DNA of 64,000 nucleotides from Leidyana gryllorum EB-2025a (Eukaryota; Protista; Apicomplexa), in contig JBLWGC010000104.1 in NCBI GenBank assembly GCA_048772705.1, forward strand, positions 1,178,001-1,242,000, read 5' to 3'. The position numbers were made by a program, and so were the translations under genes. Every line of letters begins with the position of its first letter. The stretch's first letter is position 1. Below are positions 47,781 through 58,240 of the stretch, piece after piece. The notes under the pieces were generated by a model, which saw only the letters and a list, made by a program, of their open reading frames with translations, had not been told where the DNA came from and searched no databases.

Positions 47781-49767
47781 TCAATAGGGCTGGAGCTCAG
47801 TGTGTTTCTGAACATAGTTCCACAATTCTCGCCTCAATATTTTGCCCGTGTTGCCCTTGGGGAGTTCTGGGCAGGCGTAGATTTTGATGGGTATCTTGAA
47901 TCTCGCCAGCGATTGTTGCGCTTTTGTTCTGAGATTGGCAAATAGTTCAGCAGATGGGGCGACGTTATCTTTGAGAACGACGGCCAAATATACCACCTCC
48001 CCCAGCATTGGATCTGGAACTCCAAAGGCACCCGCCTCATTGACTTCTTCGAATTTCAAAAAGGCCGCATCGATCTCAAGAGGACTTATTTTCTCGCCAC
48101 CTCTGTTGATCAATTCTTTACTCCGGCCAACAAGGCTGACGAAACCGGTTTCGGTATCCATAACACCAACATCCCCAGTACGAAGGAAAGGGCGGTCATT
48201 GATAGGCGATTCGGCCAATTTGAAGCGATACGGCAATGGCACCTCGATGTTTCTGTATTGCGCCATTATCGCTTTGAATTCGTTACTGTCGGTATTGAGC
48301 TGCGGAGTATTACTAATGAACGAGTACTCCTCCTCCTCTTTAACTGCTCCTTCCGCGTCCAGACTGGGCGAATTCCAAAAGTGTTTCTGCTGATCTTCCC
48401 CAGTGAGTCCCAGATAGCCAGTGATAACGTTGTAACCGCGGACGCAAATCTCTCCAGATTGGCCTCGTTTGACGATTTTCCCAGACTCGGGATCGATTAT
48501 GGCAATATCAATCCCTTGCGGCAAACCGACACTTCCAAATTGGCGCGTCTGTTTCCCATCAGCGCCACGAAGTGGGTTGGAACACATTTGATGAGTAGCC
48601 TCTGACATGGCATAGGCCTCGAGCACCTCCGTCTCCAATATCTGCTCCAGCTGCTGAGCGACGGGAGCCGGCAAAGCGCTCGAGCATCCACGAATGAAAC
48701 GAAGCTTAACGGGGAGCGAGTTGTCCTCGGGCTTCCGGAAAGGCTTCAATGTCTCGTCCGCAGTATTCAGCAGAATCTGCCACATGGTCGGAACAGCCGT
48801 GACCCAAGTGCATTGCGCCTTCGCAGCGTCTGCCCAGAAGGTGGTCTTGTGGAACCCACCACCCCGAGCGAGCACGATTCTGCATCCTCGACTCAGGGGA
48901 CTCAAACAACCAGCAAACAATCCGTGTACGTGGAATAACGGCATTATCAACAAACCACAATCCTTGCTCTCGGGACTCCACTTGTAGGTCTGACCAATAT
49001 TGTGCAGAGTCGCCACATTGTTCGTGTGGGTAATCGGGACTGTCTTGGGTGCCGCTGTCGTACCACTGGTATGCAGCAGGAGGGCCAAGTCCGAACCCTT
49101 CACTCCCTTGGCCGCCTCAACTACCTCACCTGAATTCGCAGGGGAGACGGCGTCTCCGTCTCCGAGGCGTTGACGACTGAGGCGGGGCTTTGGACGACCA
49201 TCGGACTCGAATGTCCAATGCACATAGTAGACGGGGAGTGCGAGTTCCTTCGCTGCCTTCTCTGCCTCTGTCAGCTGGGCAGATTTCTCACCGCCCTGCA
49301 GCAGCACCATCTCACATCCCATATCCTTCATTGCAAACTTGAACTCTTCCTCTTTGAACTTGGGGTTCAATAAGCAATTAACAGCCGAGACTGAGGCGAC
49401 TCCCAGATACACTGTGACATACTCGACACAATTCGGTAAGACGACGCATACTCGCATGCCGGCAGCATTGGGACGTCCTATGTCTCGCGCGGCTCCCAAG
49501 ATGCATCCCTGAGTGACGTTAGATATGACTCATTCAACACGTTCAGAAACTCTATCTGAGTCGAATGCAGATTAAACTCACCGCTGTGAGATGAACGGCT
49601 TCGGCCAACTGACGAGACGTGAAGCTCAAACGCTCATCGTCCAAGTCCAGGAGTAATTCTTCATCACCCGACCCTGGAATGCAGCGGTCTGCATCCGAGA
49701 GGCCGTGGTGCAAATCAAACGCACTGACCAAAGTTAACAGCTCCAAAGCGGGCGACGATGAGGACAT
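47781..49767 (-). CDS. Oxalate--CoA ligase / PCS60-AAE3-type acyl-CoA synthetase
   Basis: Contains LNPKFK.EEF.F, LLLHTSGTT..PK.VP.TH.N, MPLFHVHGL, LRFIRGCSSAL, LEAYAMSEATHQMCSNPL, RTGD, GRSKELINRGGEKISPLEID and PKGNTGKI.R. One intron near the 5' end. Confidence 0.85.
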
Positions 49768-49969
49768 CTCGGGGGCGACCAAAAAGTGCACGAAGGTTTG
49801 GTGACGAATCGAGTTGGGGTGGTCAATTCTGGGTAACTATGTTGTCCCAAATATGTCAGGTTTGTCTGCTGGAGTTTAAGGGACGTTGAAAACTAGAGAT
49901 GTACATCAGTGTGGGGGAGGGCGGCGGTCTGGCTCTCTACACTATGTAGCTCGGCCTGAGTCGCTGAGC

Positions 49970-50494
49970 TCAGATTTGTGATTGCTGCAACGCACAACGC
50001 TGTAACTCAGCATCAAGCTTCTGACAGAAGAGGTCATCTTTGTCCTCGTCATCCCAAGCTGCAGTTTTCGAATCAAAAAAGGCAATGATCAGGGATGAAC
50101 TTACTCGTATGCGCGACCCGCACCTCCCACTTGGCCTTATTTATTTCCTCTGGCAGCGCCTTTGATCCCGGTCCTGAATTAGACCGATGACACAAAATTG
50201 ATTGACAATTGCACAACAACACATAAGTGTCAAATTCATAGATGGGTACGATCACCACGGAACGGTGATCTTATGGAGTTATTACATATTGGAATGTGCT
50301 CATTGTTGACGAGTGCTGCTCTGGACACACTCTGGACACACTTGTAAATATTGAGATGGGGAGTGTTAAAATGTGTCAGGGGAGGCATAACACATTTCAA
50401 GCCGAACTCTGAGCGTAGATAGAGGCTTACCAACCGGTTCAAACTCTTCAAGATCGTCTTCATCGACGAGTTGCTCTCTACGATCAGCTGCCAT
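49970..50494 (-). CDS. SEM1: SEM1/DSS1 (Rpn15) small acidic protein, 3 exons
   Basis: The spliced product reads MAADRREQLVDEDDLEEFEPV-GPGSKALPEEINKAKWEVRVAHT-TWDDEDKDDLFCQKLDAELQRCALQQSQI*. This matches the DSS1 motifs EEDDEFEEF and WEDNWDDD..DDF..QL..EL. Confidence 0.85.
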
Positions 50495-50588
50495 GGATGT
50501 AAATTTTTTCTGTTCAGCAACTCTTCGGAAAGCTGACTAAATACTTTGGCATGCGGGTTTTGGCAGTCACTTATTACACACCCTCAGG

Positions 50589-51353
50589 ATGAACTACTTG
50601 TGCGGCTTAATTTGCTTATTGTTATCAGTCGTGGCGGGCAAGCAGTGTGTGGGGACACCTGCTCAGATTCTTGGTACTATTTTTCAAGAGGGAGATGGGT
50701 CTGCAGTCGTATTACACAGTGGGAATTCGATCAAGCTGATCAATGCAATGATCACAGATGATTTTATAAAGAGTCGGATTCCAAGCGATCCGTGCAACTA
50801 CAACGCTGAGAGCGACACGGGATCGAACCCACCAGCGTCTAGATTGCGAGCATTGAAGCAGCGACGCAAGCTTGTACTAAACCTCCCATGTGATTATCCG
50901 GATCCGCCCCCCGACCTTCTTGCCAATTTTCACTTGACGCATGTTGGAATTCATCGTGCGCGATATTGTGCGTTACAGAGTGCGAACTTTGATCAGCAGG
51001 CAGTTTCATCAGCTGAGTCACAGTCGCGTGCTACGCAGCGCCGGCTGTTGGATGCAGCTGGCAATGAGGTAGTGGCAGCTGCAGCAGGATGCGCGCTCCT
51101 CCTTGCTGGTGGAGGTCTAGCTGCTTGGCAGGTCAAACACCTGTCGAACCTGGATCTTAAACAAGGCGAGTTGCCTGATGATGCAGCCACCCGTGCCGAG
51201 TCTCACGCGGTTAGTGAAGATCTCCGCACAGTCGACCTCTACCATTTTGACTCACGGGCCTCTAGAGCGGACGACGAAGATGACACTCGAGACACGGAGC
51301 CACAGCAGGCTACCACTCCGCACAAGAAGGCGACGACTCGGCACATTGTCTGA
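50589..51353 (+). CDS. Orphan with signal peptide, Cys-containing ectodomain and a single hydrophobic segment
   Basis: Signal MNYLCGLICLLLSVVAG and TM-like VVAAAAGCALLLAGGGLAAW in an intronless 254-aa ORF. Confidence 0.65.
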   Translation: MNYLCGLICLLLSVVAGKQCVGTPAQILGTIFQEGDGSAVVLHSGNSIKLINAMITDDFIKSRIPSDPCNYNAESDTGSNPPASRLRALKQRRKLVLNLPCDYPDPPPDLLANFHLTHVGIHRARYCALQSANFDQQAVSSAESQSRATQRRLLDAAGNEVVAAAAGCALLLAGGGLAAWQVKHLSNLDLKQGELPDDAATRAESHAVSEDLRTVDLYHFDSRASRADDEDDTRDTEPQQATTPHKKATTRHIV

Positions 51354-51485
51354 GAATATGGGCTTGACCGAGGAACTAACTAACTGACTAACTAACTGAT
51401 GTCTTCTAGGGAGCCCAAGCGAATTGAACCCCAATTACAGCTAGCAATATATGTATACATCTGTGTGCAGATTTGTGAATGATTT

Positions 51486-54084
51486 ATGGCTACGTCAACA
51501 CCATTATTGACAACATCCGACTCAATAGCCGCCCTGCAGTCGGCTCTCAAGCGCTCATTCCAATTACCCCCTCGAAGTAGCGTCGCCTCTCATTTCGGAT
51601 CACAACTACCTGAAGACAACAATGCTGAAGGCGAAGATGAGAGCAGTAGTCTCCTTCGCAACCTCCAGCCAATGCCCAGTGAAACCTTCGACCTCGCCTC
51701 TCTGGTCCGCGGGGGAGGGAGAGATGCTAGCAGGCCACCCAGTGTGATCAAAGGCTTCAAAACCCCCACCACCACACCGCAGTCGGTCGCTAGTGACCTC
51801 CAATCCATGCGGACATTCCAAGATCCAGATTGGCCGCCGGTCCCAGCACGGACAGCGGCTGTCGAACAAGCCTCTACATGCCTGAGGATCTTCTCCGCCG
51901 CCGCAACCCATCAACAGTCCTTTTCTGCCAACGCCATATCGGGAGCTCTAGCCGGTGCCCTGCCGCCACACGAACAAGCTGTCCTGACGCTCAAGCTGGT
52001 CAAAGTGTTGTGCGCAAAGGTGAGTACAGAACGTGAATTCCATATCATACCCGAGCATAGCATCGACAAGTGAAAACGCTAAAGGCTGCGTTGCGCCAAC
52101 AGAAGGCGCGTGCTTCTCGTCAGGTGTCGACAGTGCCAGAAGAGGGCACCGAAGACAACAACTCTCAGTCGTCCCCCACCTCGCCGCCGCCCTCGAGACC
52201 CAATTCTACACCCATACGTAAAACACCCCCTATGCGGGCACGACCACCTCGACCTCACGTAGTATCTTGTGCGATGCATACCCCAGGCTACGCTCCGCAC
52301 GCCGTGAACTGTAAGAAATCAATGTAGAATGACAATCAATTGACTCCTCGACAGATGAATCTATGGCCTCTTATCCCGCACCGCGCTTGTATCACAGCAC
52401 CGCGTTGTCAGCGGCAACCGGACCAGTTGTTCTCGGCCCGGTGTGCCGAGTAAGTTCCGTAGCGGAGCCAAGAGCCATGTCGCCGGGGGTGGGGTTGTAT
52501 AATTCGGTACCTCAAGAGGCCCCAGATGATTGTGAACGGCATCACAGTCACCAATCGGTGCCCTCCGCGAACGAAGAACTCCATATTGTGAACGATCTGA
52601 GGGACTTGCGTCATTTTATCGACAGTCTTCGCCAAGACCTCAAAATCAACATGGGCGCTGGAGCTATCGGAACCGAGGCAGTACATGTGCGCCCCGCAAC
52701 GGATACCGAACAGCCAATGGCAAAGGATGCGGGCACAACCACAACATCCGAGGTCGTGGACCAGCAGACGCAAACGAGCCCGGTAGCTGGGGGGAATCCA
52801 AACCGATCCTTCATGCCTATACCCCCCTTGCCTGCTGGTCGCTACTCAAGTTACGCATCGGGTCTCGCACCCGACCTGGGCACGGGACTGCCTCCCTCTC
52901 CTCGTCCAAACTCCCCTTGTCTGCATAAACGAAGCCCCAGAGGACTGATACTGACCGGGGGGTCCAGTCGCTCGGTACCGTTCGTGGATCCCGAAGCCTC
53001 AGACCATCTCCCTCGTCCTCGCCTCTCAGTGTTCCGCACAGAGCCTGGTGAAGCTGCACAACTTCAGAAGCCTCCTTGGGCTGTCGGAGGTTTGAGCAGC
53101 GTCAATGTTAGCAGAGGCGGAAGTCAAGATACGCGGTATATGAGCGACTATGACTCCGCCGCCGATGAAAGGAGGCGTCGTCAGGGTCTGGAACGATACT
53201 ATGCCGAACTTCAGCGGAGTACCCACAGGTCCGAAGCAGAAAGCCGCTATGACACTGTCGACTATACTATCAATTATGCCTCTACAGCTGCCCCATCAGC
53301 AGGCTACTACACTGGCAACGCGGTGCCACCGGATGATGAGTACTATGTACCAGTGGAGGAGGGGGGGACGGACTCACCTCCGTCAGGGCGCGACTATGGC
53401 GAGAACGAATATCGAAGAGAGGGAGGACGCGACCTACCCCCCTTCGTTGATGACGATATTGTGGCTTCATCCGAGGACGCAGCCACGCCCGCCTTTGCAG
53501 AACAGGTCGAAATCCAAATTCGGCTTCAGACCAGTGGGTCAACACCTGATCAGCACCTACATGGGGAAGATACTGGATCGCCAAACGCGACAGCCTACCA
53601 ACAGTCACCAACAGACAGTCCGAACGCCCATGACAGGCAGTCTGAATCACCCTCTCACGATTTGACTCTATTGCACTCACCCATAGGACATGGAGGTGGT
53701 ACTTTTGAGTCGCCCGCCGAACGATACCGACAGATGCATCACCTTACAGCTGGTCCCCGCCTGAATAGTCGCAATTCCAGTCCTTCAGCGAGCCCGCCCT
53801 CGAGAGACTATAGACGACTTCTCCGACCGGTTATTGGCGGCTCCCCAACGTCTGATGGCCAATTGTCCCCTCCAGGCATTACATCCCCGCTTGGCTCGCC
53901 CACACTAACCTCTCCGAATTCTTTGACAACTGGTTCCCCGATCTCTCCGGGAGGGCGCTCTATGGACTCCCCCTCTCAGCCGGTCCGGCGACGTTCGTAC
54001 AAAGGCATTAGGCAGAGGAGCTCGGGAGATTTGCGGTATATTCAATCACCAATGAGCGCCGAAGGCAGCCCATTGAGCGCTTGA
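51486..54084 (+). CDS. Hypothetical disordered S/P-rich protein with short coiled-coil segments (multi-exon)
   Basis: ORFs of 195, 85 and 573 aa on the same strand are separated by GT...AG introns. Confidence 0.55.
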
Positions 54085-54111
54085 CCGTGTGTTTTCGGAT
54101 TCCACACACGA

Positions 54112-55189
54112 ATGCGACGACTTGCTTTACTATGCCAGACTGCCTTCAGTGCAGCATCAATGCTCAACATCCGCTCTGAACCACTGGCAATAGGCAATAG
54201 TGTTGCTCGCGGCATAGGAGGAGGGTTCGAACGCATGGTGAGTTATAACGGTGTGCTGCCGCCTATCTTGCCACCATATATCACATTCTCGCACCCAGGC
54301 AAATCAGAAGTCAAGTATGAGGAGATTGGACGCGATGGAAAATCAAGTACAACAACCCCGAGAACCCGCAGGGGGAGATATAACTACGAATTGGAATGAA
54401 GCTAGAGCAGCTGTGAGACACACACCTTCATTTTGGACCGACAAACATTTGCATCTGTCAGATCACGAACAGTGAAACTGAGCGTGAGCTCGCGAACTCA
54501 AAGGTTGCTATCGCTGGTGAGTTTCTGAATGTCGACGTCAATATGCGCTGTTGTTGTTTGCACTCATAGAAGGATTAGTCAAGGCCGCTGAGGAGTCCCA
54601 AGTGGAAGGCCCCGCTTCTCCTGAAGACTATACAGAAGCGGATCGCGAGAGAATCTATGGTCACAATCTATTGACAGCTCAAGAAGCCTTTCACGCTGCA
54701 GTTAAGAAGTTAAGGGACACTCAATGGGATCTCAATTTGGCTAATCAAGACATATCCAAAGTTGAAGCTCAAGCTCAATCAGCCGATGAATGTGACCTAC
54801 GAAATGTCCCAACAGAGAATAACCTAGGCGTGATGCACCGGCGCGCTGATAGAGTAGCGAGAACGCTGGATGAATTGACTGACCGCCTGAACGAAGCCGA
54901 GGATCATTTGGCGTCGTTGCCCCAGCCCGCTGGACAGGAGAATTTGACTGCCGAAGAGATTGACGCAGCTGTAGCAGCTGCTAACGACGAAGCCCTAGAA
55001 GAAGGTGCGCTGGAGAGAGAAAGGGGAGAAGAAGACCAAGCGATCGACCAGGACGAAGATTTGGCTGCTCCTCAAGAGGGACCAGAGGCTCATCACAGGG
55101 AAGAAACTACCACACACCACTTAGCGCATGGAGAAGGCGATTTCGGGCACCTGGATCATGTATTGTCTACTCCGGGAGGTTTCTTCTGA
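54112..55189 (+). CDS. Acidic coiled-coil orphan with possible signal peptide (4 exons)
   Basis: Starts MRRLALLCQTAFSAASML. Canonical introns join it to the 212-aa E/A/D-rich ORF. Confidence 0.55.
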
Positions 55190-55283
55190 CACAGCACAGC
55201 AACTTTAGTACGGGCTGAACGCCTAGCTGGTGATCCAGTGCCTCGTGCATCAGCTAAGCTCAGGTGTCACCAGCACTCACTAC

Positions 55284-57177
55284 TCATTCATCATTGGGCA
55301 CAATGATATCGTCTATTTTGAGTATCATCTTGACGACCTGAGTGGCCAATGCGAACTGGTGGAGCTTGGAGTTCAGCGACTCATACACCTGGGCGCTCAA
55401 CATATCGTTAGTCTTCCCAGCCAAGCAGTCTACACCGATATTAGGATTTCCCTCAGCAACCTGGCGGCCCCTCAAGTCTCCCACTGTGTGAATGGCGTCC
55501 ATTCCACTGTTCTCGGCCAACGCTTCTGGAATGCTCAACAACGCTTCGGCGAAGGCTTCCAGAGCATGCTGCTCAATCGTGGGGGTCTTGCGAGCGGCTT
55601 CCATAACACTCAAGGCGGCAGCGGTCTCGACGGCACCTCCACCTGGCACCACTCGAGGATCGCAAATCAAGTTGCGAACGACACATAAAGCATCGTGAAT
55701 ACATCTCTTCGCCTCACTGATCACCATGGCGTTGCCACCTCGAATCAAAATAGTGACAGCCCGACCCTTAGGGCATCCTGAAATGGAAGAAAAGATTAAG
55801 ACGTTCCGATGTGGACACAAGTGGAATGTAAGAAGTTGCCGAAGTTACACACACATGCGTGGAATCATCAAAGTTACCTTCGATCAAGATGGTCTTCTCG
55901 TCTTCGGTTCCAATCGAAATTTCCTTGACAACCTTTGCAGTTCCGAGCTTCTCAGCAGTGAGATCTTCGAACCGAGGAACGATATGTCCACCAGTGGCGA
56001 GCGAAACCAGCTCGATCTCTTGACCGCCGACCCAACGCACGGCAGGGAGATTTTCCCTCAAGAGCAGATGGTTGGCTTCGTCATCGAAACCCCATTGACA
56101 CAACACAACATTTGCTCCTGATTTCTTGACACACTCAACCATATCCTTGAAGTATTTTTGTTCTTGTGCCAGCAGGTCCTTGTAAGCATCCGAGCTCTTG
56201 ATGGAGAGTTTATGTTTGGTTTTCGGCTTGGGCTGTTAGGGAACGGCAAGTCTCAATGGGGTTGAAGGGCCATTGGTACTTACGGGTTCAAATGGACAGG
56301 TGAGGATAGCAATTCGGGCATCCTCTACACACTTGTTCATCTGCGAGTGGCTGAAGTCTTTGTTTAAGGCAATGCCTTCGATGAGCATGGTGTCTTCCAG
56401 TTTGCCTCCGGCTTTGCCTTCGACTTTGATGAGGTCGAAGTTGACGTCCCGTCTCTCGAGATCGGCCACGGCGAGAACGGCGCGGACGCAAATATCGGCG
56501 AGTTCCGAGGCTCTACTGGAGACAACCTTACTGCAGAGGGCAGTCATGGCTGCATGGCGACTGTGAAGGAGACAGCTGATGAAAGTGCGGAGTGAATGGA
56601 CTTACAGGACATCTTCTTGCACACCCATGGAAACAGCAACGGATTCGATTCTCTTGGCAGCAACGCGACAGGCGGTTTCGTAGCCGTCAGCGATGTGGAG
56701 GGGATGAAGTTTCTTGTCCTGAAGTTTGAGGGCCTGATCGAGGAGAGCGCCTGCCAGAACCACAACACCGGTGGTGCCATCACCAATCTCCTCGTCCTGG
56801 GACTTGGAGAGGTCTACAAGAAGGCGGGCGCACTCATGTTCGACCTGAAGGAACGGATAGGTTTGCGGAGGGGGGTGTGAGCAGAGGGGGGTGTGGGCAG
56901 ACAGAGAGGTTTACACGATGGGAGGGTGTGCTTTCGAACTTACGGGCATCTTCTTCAAGATGGTAGCGCCGTCATTGGTGACGGTTACATCGCCATCAGG
57001 ACTGACGATGATTTTGTCCATACCACGAGGACCGAAGGAGGTGCGAATGGTTTGTGCGACTTGTGACGCTGCGAGGATGTTGGCTTTCTGAGCCTCATAT
57101 CCCTTCAACCGTTTCTTCTCCTCCTGGTCTTGAATAAGAATAATGGGGGCTCCCCCAAACTCACTCAGACCAACCAT
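55284..57177 (-). CDS. CCT5: T-complex protein 1 epsilon subunit (CCT5)
   Basis: Contains [63 protein letters not shown] and VKMILKIDD. Confidence 0.95.
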
Positions 57178-57213
57178 TGTGTTCTAAACTTTTGTTTTGT
57201 GTGGGTGAAAAGT

Positions 57214-57717
57214 TCATTGGGCGATGAACATGAGAGCAGCAGCAGTGACAAATAAAGCTGTTGGGATTGCAGGTATGAGGGAGGTGGCGGCATCTTTGCT
57301 TTTTGAAGTTGAATCTTCACTCTCTGTCTTGACAACTATGTCTACTTGCTGGGCTGCAGCCTGCTGTGTGCTGTTGGATGGTGGGGGTCCGCTGGGTTGT
57401 GAAGAGGAATTTGTGGTGTTGTTATCATCGCCTCTCCTCTCTTTATGGTCTTTACCGCCTTTGTTCTCTGCATCCTTTGCTTTCTTATCCTGTTCGACCG
57501 CTTTCCGTTTCTCTTTGGCTGCCTTTTCTTCTTCTTTAGCCTCTTTCACTTCGACCTGGGCAAAGTTGGCATAGGGGGCGTCGGATTCCTCATACGGGAG
57601 ATAGGGGTCGGGGCCCAACTCAAAAGGCTGTGCGCCCGGTAGTCTCCCGTAGGGGGCGGCTGCGGTGAGATGGGTTGCTGTGAGCGCGAGCGCGATTTGA
57701 AGTGTAGCGAGACGCAT
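57214..57717 (-). CDS. Putative GPI-anchored surface protein (K/E-rich, S/T linker)
   Basis: Has an N-terminal signal (MRLATLQIALALTATHLTAA) and a small-residue omega region followed by the hydrophobic tail LIPAIPTALFVTAAALMFIAQ. Confidence 0.75.
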   Translation of the reverse strand: MRLATLQIALALTATHLTAAAPYGRLPGAQPFELGPDPYLPYEESDAPYANFAQVEVKEAKEEEKAAKEKRKAVEQDKKAKDAENKGGKDHKERRGDDNNTTNSSSQPSGPPPSNSTQQAAAQQVDIVVKTESEDSTSKSKDAATSLIPAIPTALFVTAAALMFIAQ

Positions 57718-57798
57718 GGCTATGAGAGGAGCTGTTTATGTGGACATTCGACATGCAGTACATGTCTTGTGTTGGTACGGCAAAATAGCACTAATCGA

Positions 57799-58224
57799 TC
57801 AAACGAGTACGAGGAAAAAGGTGACTGATAAGAGTAGGGGTATAGTGAGCGAGCAGATGAGGTTGCTTATCGCTCCCGAGGTAGCCGTGGTAGTAGGGGT
57901 AGCTCCCGTCAATTGTGTAATAATTGCTGAGGCAGTCCCTCCGGCACCGGCACTGCCGTATGGGGATGTTTGGCCAAGAACGGTGCCAACAACAGACGCT
58001 CCGCCCAGCAGAGCAGAAGCCATGCCTCCCTTTTGCAGAAAGTTGCTTGGGAGGTCGTCGTACATGGCCCCGCCTGCGTCTGCCATTGCCCTTCCAGATC
58101 CGTCACAGTCCCGGAAACGCCTTCCACGAGCAGAAGTATCACAGGCCAAAACCAATGAGTTGATACAGAACATCACGAGACACAGCATTATTGAAGGCCT
58201 CCACATGATCACCATCAAGTGCAT
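57799..58224 (-). CDS. Putative small GPI-anchored/membrane surface protein (G/A/T-rich)
   Basis: Signal-like MWRPSIMLCLVMFCINSLVLA, a Gly/Ala/Thr-rich body and a hydrophobic C-terminus. The start is at 58224 or 58206. Confidence 0.55.
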   Translation of the reverse strand: MHLMVIMWRPSIMLCLVMFCINSLVLACDTSARGRRFRDCDGSGRAMADAGGAMYDDLPSNFLQKGGMASALLGGASVVGTVLGQTSPYGSAGAGGTASAIITQLTGATPTTTATSGAISNLICSLTIPLLLSVTFFLVLV

Positions 58225-58240
58225 GTGCACAAATGCACAA

